From: the human T2T-CHM13v2.0 reference genome, Homo sapiens
DNA length: 64,000 bases
NCBI RefSeq assembly: GCF_009914755.1
Contig: NC_060947.1
Direction: 5' to 3' (one strand)
Position 1 is the stretch's first letter, and each line of letters opens with the position of its first letter. Of this stretch, positions 47,607 to 64,000 are shown one piece after another. The notes beneath the pieces were generated by a model, which made no database searches, was not told where the DNA came from, and saw only the letters and a program-made list of their open reading frames with translations. The translations under genes and the position numbers were made by a program.

Positions 47607-47953
47607 TGTGATGCATCAACATTTTGCTCAATGCAGATTAGAATCTAAGGTTTTTCACACTCTAAGAATTAGTTGACCACTAGCCAGGAACAAGATAGAA
47701 GCCTTTAACTGTAAAAGGTGCTTTGCACAGTTTTTCCCTTGATAATATCGAACTTTATCTGAGCCCTGTGTTCCCAGAAAGCAGCTACAGTTAAGAAATA
47801 TCCCTCTAACCCTGGTGTGTTCCAGGAAAGGGCAAACCATAAAGGGCTACTCGGTCTTCAAATATATTCCCCTCATGACACTATCTACTTTTTCTGAGGA
47901 CAACTTGTTAATTTCCTCTACAAAACTTAAGGCTTTCTCCTTTTCTTTGAGAT
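47607..47953 (+). mobile_element. LTR fragment (MER31-like) inside L1
   Basis: 'gaactttatctgagccctgtgttcccagaaa' motif; interrupts L1 ORF2 sequence. Confidence 0.45.
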
Positions 47954-48623
47954 AAAATCTTTCCCTTTAAAATTGGAAACAAGGTAAGACTATCCACTAT
48001 AATTACCCCTGTTCAACATTACTGCTTTGTAATGTTCAACATTGTCCTAGCAAGGACAGTAGGACAAGAAAAATTCTAAGTGGTATAGGAATAGAAAAAG
48101 AAATACAGTTGTCATTAGTGGTAGATGATAGGATCATTCAAATTTTAAAACCCATAAGAATCTACAGTTAAAACATTAGCATGGGAGGATTTGTTTATTA
48201 ATGAACCATTTGGATTAATGAAAATTAACTTAGCAGGTTTCCTGGATAAAGTATCAATAGAAAAGTATCAAGTGTGTTTCTCTATATAGGCAATAACAGT
48301 TATAAATTTTTAAAAACCTGCCATGTACAAAAACAAAAGATATCAAGAACCTAGGAATAAAGACACAAGACCTCTAGTGGGGAGGATTATAATATTTTAG
48401 ATATCACTAAGCCTGTATCAAAACATCTCATGTACCCCATCAATATACCAACTATGTACCCACCAAAAATTAAAAATAAAAAAAGGTTAAAAAAATTAGA
48501 AACATTTAGAAATACAAATAGAAGATGTGATAGTTAAGGATTTGAATACTCACTAAAGTTGAAAATGTCATTTCCCCCCAAACTGACCTGGAGATTTCAT
48601 ATAATGCCAATTAAAATTACAAC

Positions 48624-51790
<3,167 letters not shown>

Positions 51791-53616
51791 ACTTAAAGTT
51801 TGTTTTGGTAAAGGGTTATTTTGGCAAAGTGTATGAGAATGTGAGTGTGTGTGTTTGAGTGTGTGTGTGTGTGTGTGAGAGAGGGATTATGTTTGTGCCT
51901 GTGAATTTAACAAAGCTGACTCAAAGTTATATAGAAATTTACTGGGTCAATAATAGCCATGACACTTTAAGAAGAAAGAGGTGAAAAGTCTTGCTCTGCT
52001 AAATATGAAGATTAAAAGCATTACTAATTACATAATGTAATATTGGTGCTAGAACAGACAAGTAGAGAAACAGGGAAAAAAAAAAAAAAAAAGAGTCCAC
52101 AAACAGACCCACGCATGGAGAGACATTTGAATTACAGCAAAGGATGGGAAAGGATAATCTTTTTAGTAAGAGATGCTGGGATAATTGAGTAACGATATGA
52201 AAAAATGTTAAACTGAACCTCCAACTCGCTCTTCTATTACCAACTCCAGGTGGATTTTAGACTAAAATGTGAAAACGTGAAAGTATAAAGCATCTTCATA
52301 ATATAGAAGAATGTCACATATGGAATTATTTTTAAGATGAGATGAAAGGCATAAAGCATAAATGATTGATATAAACTTGAACAAATTTATCAAAGTTATA
52401 TATGATTTTCTCAAAATTATCTTGAAATTAAAAATGTCCATCAAAAGACACAATAGACAAGCTATAGAATATAAGAAGATATTTGCAGTATCAGTGGGCT
52501 CATTTCTAGAATATATAAAGAGCTGCAACATAAATGTGAAAAAATGGGCAAAAGATGTGAGCAGGCCTGTCACAAAGAAGTCAAAATGATGAGTGTATAT
52601 ACATGGAAAGGGTACGTGATTAGAAGGGTCTCTCAGGGGCTTACTGGTGCCAATGATGTTCTTTTTTATTTACTTGATTGCTGGTTACACAGATATCTGA
52701 TTTATAATTATTCATGATTTTGTACATCTATGTTTTAGAATGTATATTTTATGTTACATGTGAAAGAAAGATCAAGATGTTTATAGCCAGTTATTTCTAT
52801 AACACCTTCTAGCAAAAATGAGTAAGATGATAAATTGTCCTTAATTTTATTTATAGCAGACATTTACTTCAGGTAGGGTATGAAAGTTACATTGCTTTAA
52901 ATAAAATCACTGGTGCAACAGAAAACTCTTTTGATATTATTGTGTGATAAGTTGTCTTCCTATTCAAGCTCTTATCCATAGTTCATTCTTGGTATAAGAA
53001 ATGAAAGTATGAAAACTAACTCGCCTACTTCCTAGCTGTGTGGTCCTGACTGACCAAGTCACTGACTCTTTAAACCTCTGTTTCTGCTTCATTGTAGAGG
53101 TAATAACATTATCTATGTCCTCTGTTTATGGTGGGGATTAAATGAATTATCTTATGCAGGTGCCTAGCACGCAGTAAACATTTAATACTTGGTCATCGTA
53201 ATAGTTATTAGCATATAATTGTAGTATTTTTATTCCTCAGCTAATTTAAGTAAGAGCAGTCAAACAGTCCTTGATTGCCTTCCAGCCTGTGCTACTTCTT
53301 AGGAGGTGACTGCAACTTCTCAAACTTTCAATTTCATCATATGAAATGGAGATAAGTACACTTCTTTAGTTGTAGGGCTTAAATTAGAAAATGTATGCAA
53401 AATCTCAGGGTCTGAAATATGGCAGATACCCCTAAGCATGCAGTTGTATCACTCCAGAGGACTCTACTATGGGATAATACCGTGGCAGAAGCTCAGAGAA
53501 TGAATCATCAACTTAGATTTTCTAAATGAATTCCCAGTGAGCCTCTGTTCCTTGAGCATTCTCAAAATGTGACAGCTATAGCTATTCCTGCTTTTTGTCA
53601 AATGTGACATCCCTTC

Positions 53617-55963
53617 TGATATAGTTTGTGTATTTTTCCCAGCCCAAATCTCATGTTGAATTGTAATCTCCAATGCTGGAGGTGGGGCCTGGTGGAATGT
53701 GTTTGGGTCATGGGGAAAATCCCCCATGGCTTGGTGCTGTCGTCATAATAGTGAGTTCTCTCAAGATAACATCTTTTAAAAGTGTGTGGTACCTTCCCCA
53801 TCCCACTTTCACCACATGACACGCCTACTCCCTTCACCTTCAGTCATGACTATAAGCTTCCTGAGGCCTCCTTAGAAGCCAATGAGATACCAGCGTCATG
53901 CATCCTGTAAAGCCTGCAGAACCATGAGCCAATTAAACCTATTTTATTTCTAATGTACCCAGATTTAGGTATTTATTAGCAATGCAAGAATGGTCTAACA
54001 CAGAAAATTGGTACCGAGGACTGTGGCATTGTAATAGAGATCATTGAAAATGTGGAGGCAGCTTTGGAACTGGGTAACAAGCAGACGTTGGAAGAGTTTG
54101 GGGGCCTCAGAAGACAGGAAGATGAAGGAAAGTTTGAAACTTCTTACAGACTGGTTAAGTGGATGCGACCAAAATGCTGGTAGTGACATGGACAGTGAAG
54201 TCCAGGCTTCTGAGATCTCAGGTGAAAATGAGAAACTTAGTGGGAAGTGGAGCACAGGTCAGGTATGTTATGCTTTAGCAAAGAGCTTGGCTACTTTCTG
54301 TTCGTGACTTGGAGGTCTGTAGAAGTTTGAGCTTGAGAGTGATGACCCTAAAATATCTGGCAGAAGAAATATCTGAGCAGCAAAGTGTTCAAGATTTTGC
54401 TTCTAACAGCCTTTGTTCAGATGCAGTAGCAAAGGAATGACTTAAAGTTGGAACTTATATTTAAACAGGAAGCAGAGTGTTAGAGTTTGGGAAATTTGCA
54501 GCCTAGCCACATGGCAAAGAAAGAAAAGCTTTTAAGGAGAAGAATTCAAGCAAGCTGCAGAGCAACCACTTCCTGGAGATATTTGCATGGGTGAAAGAGA
54601 GCCAACTGCTAACATTAAAGACAATGGAGAAAAGGCTTTGAAGGCATTTTAGAGTCCTTCCTGGCAGCCCCTCCCATCACAGTCCCAGGGCCCTGCTGCT
54701 CTAAATAGCCTCTGGAGGGTGTTCCCAACATCCCAGCTGCTCTACCTGTAGCTCAAAGGGGCCCAGGTACAGCTCAGGCTGCTACTTTGGAGAACGCAAG
54801 TCATACGCCTTAGCAGCTTCCACATGGTGTTAAGCCTTTAGGTGCACAGAATATAAGACTGAACATTTGGCAGCCTCTGCTTAGATTTCGGAGGATGTAT
54901 GGAAAATTCTGGGTGCCCAGGCAGAAGGCTGCTACAGGGTAGAACCCCCCCAGAGAATTCCTACTAGGTCAGTTCCACGGGGAAATGTGGGGTTGGAGCC
55001 GCCACCCAGAGTCCCCAACGGGGCACTGCCTGGTGGAGCTATGAGATGGCATCCACTGCCTTCCAGATTCCAGAATGGTATACCCACTGTCGGCTTGCAC
55101 CCTCAGCATGGAAAGCCACAATCAGTCAACTCCAGGCCTTGAAAGCTGCCTCGGGGCTGAACCCTGCAAAAACAACAGAGGCAGAGCTGCCCGACACTGT
55201 GGGAGCCCACCCCTTGCACCAGTGTGCCCTGGATGTGGGACATGGACTCAAAAGAGATTATTTTTGAACTTTAAGATTTAGTAACTGCCTGCTGGATTTC
55301 AAACCTGCGTGAGGCCTGTAGCCCCTTTCTTTTGGCCAGTTTTTCACTTTGGAATAGCAATGTTTACCCAATGCCTATTCACCCTTTGTCTCTTGGGGAA
55401 AAAAAAAGTTAAGTTTCATAGGTGGTAGGGATTTGCCTTATCTCAGATCAGACTTTGGACAATGGACTTTTCAGATAATGGTGGAATGAGTTAAGACTTT
55501 GGGGGACTGTTAAGAAGGTATGATTGTATTTTTGCAGTGTGAGAAGGACATGAGATTTGGGATGGGCCAAAGGCAGAATGACATAGTTTGGACATTCGTC
55601 CCCTCCCAAATCTCACGTTGAATTGTAATTCCCAATTCAGGAGGTGTGAATTGGAGGTGTGAATTGGTGGGAGGTGTTTGGGTCACAGGGCAAATCCCTC
55701 ATGGCTTGGTGCTATCTTCACAATAGTAAGTTGTTGCGAGATCTAGTCATTTCAGAGTGTGTGGCACCTCCCTTCCACTCTCTCCCGTTTCTGCTTACAT
55801 CCACCATGATTGTAAGCTTCTCGAGGACTCCCTAGAAGCTGAGTAGATGCCAGCACCATGCTTCCTATAAAGCCTGAAGAACTGCAAGTCAAACCTCTTT
55901 TCTTTATAAATTATACAGTGTCAGGTACTTCTTTATATAGCAATGCAAGAATGGCCTAATATA
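53617..55963 (+). mobile_element. Complete MST (MSTB-like) MaLR provirus: LTR 53617-54002, LTR 55579-55963
   Basis: Two LTRs, internal region, and a perfect TSD CCTTC (53612-53616, 55964-55968). Confidence 0.94.
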
Positions 55964-55969
55964 CCTTCT

Positions 55970-57620
55970 GCATAAAGAGAACTACAAAACACTGATAAAA
56001 GCAATCATAGATGACACGTATATATGGGAAAACATCCCATGCACTTGGAAGGGAAGAATATTATTAACATGACCATACTAACCAAAGAATTCTACAGATT
56101 CAATGAAATTCTTGTCAAATTACCAATGTCATTTTTTACAGAATTAGAAAAAAAAAATCCTAAAGGTCATATGAAATCAAAAAAGATTTAATAGCAAAGC
56201 AATCCTAAGCAAAAAGAGCAAAACTGGAGGCATAACATTACCTGACTTGAAATTATACTATAATTCTATCTATAGTAACCAGAACAACATGGTACTGGTA
56301 TAAAAATAGACATATACCTCAATGGAACAGAATAGAGAACCCAGAAATAAAGCCACCTACATACAACCAAGTGATCTTCAACAAAGTCAATGAAAATATA
56401 TGCTGGAGAAGTATACCTTATTTAATAAATAGTGCTGAAAAAATTGGGTAGTCATATGTAGAAAAATGAAACTGGATCCGTACCTCTCACCATATACAAG
56501 AATTAACTCAAGATAAAGACATAAATGTAAAACCTGAAACTATAAAAATACTAGAAGAAAACCTAGGAAATTCTTCTGGACATTGGCCTAGGAAAATAAT
56601 TAATGACTAAGTCATCAAAAGCAAATGTAATGAAACCAAAAATAGACAAATGGGACTTAAAGCGTCTGTAAAGAAAAACAAAAAAACCTACAGATGTTTG
56701 CAAGTGTTGCATCTGACAAAGGGCTAACATCCAGAATCTACAATAAATTCAAACAACTCAATAACAAAAAAGCAAACAGTCCCATTAAAAAGTGGGCCAA
56801 GGATAAGAATAAACATTTTTCAAAAGAAGACATGCAAATGGTCAATACATTTATGAAAAAATGCTCAATATCACAAATCAGAGAAATTCAAATTAAAACC
56901 AAAATGAGGTATCATCTTACACCAGTCAGAAGGGCTATTATTAAAAAGTCAGGAAACAACAGATGTTGGTGAGTATGTGGAGAAAAGCGAACACTTAGAG
57001 ACCCTTGGCAGGAGTGTAAATTAATATAACCTGTATGGAAAACAGTATGGAGATTTCTGAAAGAACTAAAAATGGCACTACCATTTGATCCAGCAATCCC
57101 ACTACTGGGAATCTCCCCCCACCAAAAAAAGGAATTATATCAAAAAAGATACCTGCACTCTGATGTTTATTATAGCACTATTCACAATAGCAAAGTCATG
57201 GAAACAAACTAAGTATCAATGGAGCATTAAAGAAGGAAAATATGGTATATAAACCATGAAATACTACTCAGTTATAAAACAATGAAATCATGTTTTTTGC
57301 AGCAACATGGATGGAACTGGAGGCCATTATCTTAAGTGAGGTAACTCAGAAATAGAAAGTCAACTATCACATGTTCTCACTTATAAGTGAAAGCTAAACA
57401 ATGAGTACACATGGATATACAGAGTGGAATAACAGGCATTAGATACTTAAAATGGTGGGAGGTCGGAGGGGGTAAGGGTTAAAAAAATCACCTACTGGGT
57501 ATAATGTTCACTATTCAGGTGATGGCTACACTAAGGGCCCAGACTTCACCATTATGCAATACATTCACGTAAGAAATCTGTACTTGTACCCCTTAAACAT
57601 AAACATTAAGAAAATTAAGA
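55970..57620 (+). mobile_element. 5'-truncated L1MA1/2-like element
   Basis: ORF2 homology ([10 protein letters not shown]...KKSGNNRCW) and 3'UTR 'gcccagacttcaccattatgcaata'. Confidence 0.88.
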
Positions 57621-58732
57621 TGTATTCTTATTCCCTAGCCCCGAGTGTTTATTTTTTGACAGATGTTTGTATGCTAATAGAAATTTCAGAAAGCCATACA
57701 CATTCTGAAAATTAATCTAATTATAATCTGTTTACAATTATCTTTCACTTGACTCAGACCCTGATAGTAACTTATGGTCATAGACTTGATATCTGTGTGA
57801 CATTCTGGCAAGTCCTCTAGACCTGTTTCCACATCTGCAAGGAGAAGTGGTAATAATAAAAATTTATTGATGTATACCAATGCTGGGTACTAAAGAAGGT
57901 ACTTAATATATCAGCATTTACTTTTAATGACTATAAACCATACAAGATAAGTACTATTGTTTTGATTTTCAGTTTTACAGATGAGAAAAATGAAACAGTT
58001 TAAGTAAACTGTCTAAGATTATGCTGTGGATACATCAAGATTGGAGTTCAGGTCATTCTATTGTCAAAATCCAAATTCTACAGTACCTCATGGCTTCTCA
58101 ATAACGGAATATCTACTGCATGACAATCTACATTCATCATTCTCATAATCTTGCAAGATTGAAGAACTATTACTCATGCAATGCCTGGCATGGAGCCCAA
58201 TGTGAAGCAGACACAAAAAATAGTATGTTTAGCCTTCTTTTTCCCAGTTCTGAAAAAAAAAAAAAACCACCACCCAAAATCAAACCACTTTTCTTTTTTT
58301 AACTGGATAACAGAATCTATTAAGACATTTGTTCTTCCCACATATTTAACATTTAGTCCATCTATATGGTAATATATGTAGTAACATTGTTATAAAAAAG
58401 TCTTGAAATGTAAGCTATTGGAAGCACATTTTACATGGCAATGGAACAAAAATGACGTATTTTAAAATTGAGCCAGTAATAATCCTTTTTTTTAAACAAA
58501 GATTCACAAATTCATGAGTCATTCTGGGTGCTTCAGAGGATCCCTTAAATAATCTGAAATTGCATGCAAAATGTGTACGTTTGAGCAGCAGCTCGTTTGT
58601 TTGTAATTAGAATTCTGAATTTTCGTAAGATTTGTGTAGGATTCATGATCTTAAATGCTTTAGAACCACCATCATAAAATAAATTCAATTTTTCTGAAGG
58701 TAGGCATTTTAATTGCCTGCTCTTCACCTCAC

Positions 58733-59195
58733 TGATGAGGGAGGGATTCATAGCCTAGGGTTATGGAGATGGCCAAACATGACACCTGACACTGCACAGG
58801 TGAGATCAATAGCAATTTGTCAGTCACAATCCAGTGGAGGAAGACACTACACACCATGCAGGGCCAAACAGGGGTTGCACTTGTAAAGAGTGAACATGTA
58901 ATCACTGTGGGAGGCAGGATTTATAGTATCAAGAGTGAAATGTGCCTAGTTCTTCTGGAGTGTGTGATTGGCTTCCTTGCCAGCTGTAGGCTGGAAAAGA
59001 ACTGAAACTCCTTACTCAGGGATAAGCAGGAACTGTACTTGGTCCTGGTAATAAGAGATTGTTTGGGGGGAACCTTATCTGCAGGAGCAGAGTAGGGAGG
59101 GAAACTTTCAGTTAGGCCATCTGAAGCCTTCCTGATTTTACCAGATGTCAAGGCAGCATATTACGTCAGTCCTTAATTTTAGGTCTTACACCACA
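58733..59195 (-). mobile_element. ERVL-type solo LTR (MER54/73/74-like)
   Basis: Minus strand begins tgtggtgtaagacctaaaattaagg...atgctgccttgacatctgg and ends ...ccctcatca. Confidence 0.6.
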
Positions 59196-62100
59196 AAAGG
59201 TTGGCAAGACGTATTAACAGTCTTTAAACCATATATGATCTTTCACCTCGGGGCTCCTCTTTTAGACGTTTATCCCTTATGAAAATAAGATATTTGCACA
59301 GCACAGAGTTGTATTTAATAGAGAAAAATCCAAAGAAATGTAAATGTCTGTCATTGAGAAAAGAGTAACATTTTGGCATATTCAAATAATGGAATACTAT
59401 CTATCATTAGTTTAAAATGCCAAAAAAAAAAAATGACATGACATGAAACAATCTCCAGGTGTTAAAGAAGTTTAAAATAGACTATATATATTCTATTTTC
59501 TGTATATTTGCATAGAAATAATGCTGGAAGAATATGTTCCAAAATGTTACCAGTGATTCACTTTCCATAGTGAGATTGCCGATGACTTATCTTTTTCCTT
59601 TTGTGTATGTATATTTTCCAAAAATTTCTCTAATAAACACGTGTTCCTTGTGTAATAACAAAATAGTTTTACCCACTCACCAATTGCATGTTTGACCTAA
59701 CACATAAGCAACCATCAATCTTATAGAGGTAAACAGGTTAAGGGGAAAGATGTTGTTCTTAAAAATAAATGCAGAACTGGGATGGTAGATAAGAAACAGG
59801 GCTAATGTGCAGCTCCCACTCGGACAGACAAAACAGCATGTGGAGACTCACACTGTGATCTTTTGCTCCAAAAACCACCACGGGAACACACCAGGAAAAC
59901 AAAATAATTCACATATCCTTTGAAAGAAGCAGCATGCTGCTGCAAATTCTGCAAGACAGGCTAAAAACTGTGAGTTCCTAAAGTGTGAGAGAAGGAAAAC
60001 TTACCTTAGAACACACACCCACACTAAAGAATCTGAAAATCCAGATCATAAGAGGATTTAACCTAACCTAGAGCTGAAATAGACTCAGGGAGTGGTACAA
60101 AACATACAAGTAGAAGTAGCAGTGGAAAGTGCCTTGCAGATACTCCCAGTCTCCAGCCCTAGCTTATAGAAGCCATCCCTGACTATCTCGCAGGGGCCCT
60201 CAGGGAAGGTACCCAGCTAAATTGGAGAGGGGTAGCAGGGTAAAGGAAGCTTCCAACTGAAGTTGGTAGTGTTTTTGACTGGGCATAAATTCTCCTGAGT
60301 GGAGTCCCGGGGATGAGTGGGAACTGCTGTAGATTCCAGCACAGGATGGCAGGAGCCACAGCCCAAGGAGTGGGCAGACAGGGAGGGGTGAGGTTATGCT
60401 TTCTCAGTGGGGAAGCTCATGGACTGAAGGAAACTGAGGGTAGGGGGCACTGTGGGAGGGCCTTGTCAACTGCCTGGGAGCTGGATGAGGACTCTCAGCT
60501 ATCCCCCACTTCCTGGCAAACTGTATGACACAGCAGAGGCTCCCCTCTGGAACACAACCCGACTGGTCTGAGAACCACCCCCAACCCTCACCGAGACCAC
60601 ACAGCAAGCCCCCTCAAGGAAAGGTTGAGCCCAGAGCTGCCTAACCCTGCCCCCACATGATGGCATTTCTCTACCCACCCTGGTAGCCAATGACAAGAGA
60701 GAAACTCTTGGGAGCTTTATGGCCCCACCCATTGCCTGAGAAACCAAAATACTTACCCTGGCCAATTTAAGACAAGCATAGATCCCCTACTACTACTGCA
60801 GCTGGTGCTCTCTTGAAAGTGCCACCTCCTGCTGCTAACAAACTCAGGCCATTACAGCAACTCATGACAAAATAATCCTGATCCCAGGAAAGAAAAGACA
60901 ACAGCTAATTCCACTACCTACAACATCCTGGCTAACCAGAGGTACTGAGTGTGTCCATATGACAACTTCACTGCTAGCACAACCAGCATTCAAGAAAGCC
61001 AGCAAACTAAACGTACCTACAAAACTAAGGTCTCTCACACAGTCTACTTCACTTCCCTGCTGCCTCCACCAAAGCAGGTGCTGGTATCCAGGGCTGGAAG
61101 ACCTCAAGATGAACCAGATCACAGGACTCTTTGCAGATATCTCCCAGCACAAGCCCAGAGCCTGGTAGCCCCACTGGGTGGCTAGACTTAGAAGAGCAAT
61201 AGCAATCACTGCAGTTGGGCTCTCAGGAACCCCCATCCCTAGGGGAAGGAGGAGAGTAGCACATCAAGGGATCACCATGTGGGACAAGAGAATCTAAACA
61301 GAAAGGCTTGAGTTTCAGACCTCTACACTGAAATAGCCTACTCAATGATAAGGAACCAGAAAAGTAATTCTAATATGACAAAACAGGGTTCTACAACATC
61401 CCCCAAAAATTACACCAGCCCCCCAACAGTGGATTCACAAGAAGAAATCTCTGAATTGCCAGCTAAAGAATTCAGAAGGTTGATTCAGCTATTCAAGGAG
61501 ATACCAGGGAAAGGTGAAAAACAATTTAAATAAGTTTAAAAAACAATACAGATAAGTTTTTTATCAATGGATAAGTTCTCCAGAAAAATAGAGAAAACAA
61601 TCACAACTTCTGGAAATGAAATACACTTAAAGAAATACAAAATGCAGTGGAAAGTTTCAAGAATAGACTAAATAGAACAACTTCAGAGCTCAAAGACAAG
61701 GCTTTTGAATTAATCATACAAGGAAAAATAAAAAACAATTAAAAATAATGAACAAAGCCAAGAAATTTGGGATTATATTAAATGGCAAAACCTAAGAATT
61801 GGTATTCATGAGGAAGAAGAGAAATCTACAAGTTTTGAAAACATATTTGGGGGAATAATCGAGGAAAACTTTCCTGGCATTGTCAGAGAGCTATATATCT
61901 GAATATAAGAAGCACAAAGAACACCTGGAAAATTCATTGTAAAAAGACCATCACCTAGGCACATAGTCATCAGGTTATTTAAATTCAACATGAAGGAAAG
62001 AATCTCAAGAGCTTTGAGACAAAAGCATCAGATAACCTACAAAGGAAAACCTATCCGATTAACAGCACATTTCTCAGCAGAAACCTTACAAGACAGAAGA

Positions 62101-62620
62101 GTTTAAGGTCTCATCTTTAGCCTCCTGAAACAAAATAATTGTCATCCAAAATTTTGTTTCTAGAAAAACTAAGTTTCATGAAGGGGAGATAGTCTTTTTC
62201 AGACTAGCAAATGCCGAGATAATTTGCTAAAAGGAGTTCTAAATCTTGAAACAAAACCTCAAAATATACCAAAATAGAACCTCCTTAAAGAATAAATCTC
62301 ACAGGGCCTATAAAACACAATGAAAAAAAAAATCAAGGTATTAAGACAACAATTAGCATGATGAAATAGAACAGTACCCCACATGTCAATATTAATATTG
62401 AATGTAAATGGCCTAAATGTTCCACTTAAAAGATACAGAATGGCAGAATGGATAAAAATCCACCAACCAGGTATTGGTGGTCTTCAAGAGACTCACCTAA
62501 CACATAAGTACACACAAACTCAAAGTAAAGGGGTAGAAAAAGATATTCCATACAAACGAAAACCAAAAGTGAGCAGAGTAGCTATTCTTGTATCAGAGAG
62601 AACAGGCTTTAAAGCAACAG

Positions 62621-62622
<2 letters not shown>

Positions 62623-62662
<40 letters not shown>
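62623..62662. repeat. (CA)n microsatellite
   Basis: Perfect AC run within the L1 ORF2 remnant. Confidence 0.95.
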
Positions 62663-62663
<1 letters not shown>

Positions 62664-63053
62664 AAAGAGGGACATTATATAATGATAAAAAGATTAGTCC
62701 AACAAGAAAATATCACAGTCCTAAATATATATGCATGTCACACTGGAGCTCCCAAATTTATAAAACAATTGCTACTAGACCTAAGAAATGAGATAGACAG
62801 CAACACAATAATATCCGGGGACTTCAATACTTCACTGACAGCACTAGACAGGTCATCAAGACAGAAAGTCAACAAAAACAATGGACTTAAACTATTCCAT
62901 AGAACAAATGGACTTAACAGATATTTACAGAACATTCTCTCCAACAACTGCAGAATATACATTCTTTTTTCCAGCACATGGAATATTCTCTAAGATAAAC
63001 TATATGATAGGTCACAAAAGAAGTCTCAATAAATTTAAGAAAACCAAAACTAT

Positions 63054-63375
<322 letters not shown>

Positions 63376-63881
63376 TCAAGTATCCTCTCAGACTACATTG
63401 GAATAAAACTGGAAATTAACTCCAAAAGAAACCCTAAACTATACAAATACATGGAAATTAAATAATCTGCTCTTGAATGATCTTTGGATTAACAATGAAG
63501 TTAAGACAGAAATTATTTTTTGAGCTGAATAATACTGGCACAACCTATCAAAACCTCTGTGATACAGCAAAAGTAGTGCTGAGAGGAAAGTTCATAGCAT
63601 TAAATGCCCACATCAAAAAAGTCTGAAAAAGGATAAACAATCTAAGGTCACACCTCAGGGAACTGGAGAAAAATGAACAATTCAAACCCAAAACCAGCAG
63701 AAGAAAAGAAATAACAAAGATCACAGTGGAACTATTAAAATTAAACCAAAATAAAAAATACAAAAGATAAATGAAACAAAAACCTGGGTCTTTGAAAAGA
63801 AAAACAAAATTGATAGACCATTAATGAGTTGAACCAAGAAAAGAAAGAAGATCCAAATAAGCTCAATTAGAAATGAAATGG

Positions 63882-64000
63882 GGCCAGGCGTGGTGGCTCA
63901 CACCTGTAATCCTAGCACTTTGGGAGGCCAGGTTGGCAGATCATGGAGGTCAGGAGATTGAGACCATTCTGGCTTACACTGTGAAACCCAGTCTCTACTA
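63882..64000 (+). mobile_element. Alu left arm, cut by the window end
   Basis: ggccaggcgtggtggctcacacctgtaatcctagcactttgggagg. Confidence 0.92.

Noticed and set aside
58545-58751. 68-aa minus-strand ORF starting in the LTR end
   Set aside because: No recognisable homology or convincing exon boundaries; the length is expected by chance.

Overview
This is primate (almost certainly human) AT-rich, repeat-dense genomic DNA. I recognise no host protein-coding gene. The centrepiece is a full-length, young L1HS element (32377-38447, +). Its diagnostic bases indicate subset Ta-1nd. It has an intact 5'UTR and ORF0 and an open 1275-aa ORF2, but ORF1 is cut by a single nonsense change (Q259*). It is flanked by a 13-bp target-site duplication (TSD) with one CpG-type mismatch. 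The rest is mostly older repeats: L1M/L1PB fragments (almost all +), three two-LTR MaLR proviruses (THE1, 2x MST) plus one truncated MST, several solo LTRs, eight Alu/FLAM elements, DNA transposon fossils (MER2, MER58, MER5A, MER33), MIR/L2 and microsatellites. Signals the repeats do not explain are: (i) at least five short local copy-paste duplications, direct and inverted, including a perfect 77-bp copy carrying a splice donor; (ii) a possible in-frame ORF0 fusion via a strong acceptor just outside the L1; (iii) chains of phase-compatible candidate exons on both strands, which may be lncRNA or decayed-gene exons. I cannot establish a new biological system from sequence alone. Items (ii) and (iii) are hypotheses. 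Subfamily calls come from remembered consensus sequences and need RepeatMasker/Dfam confirmation; boundaries of old repeats are approximate.
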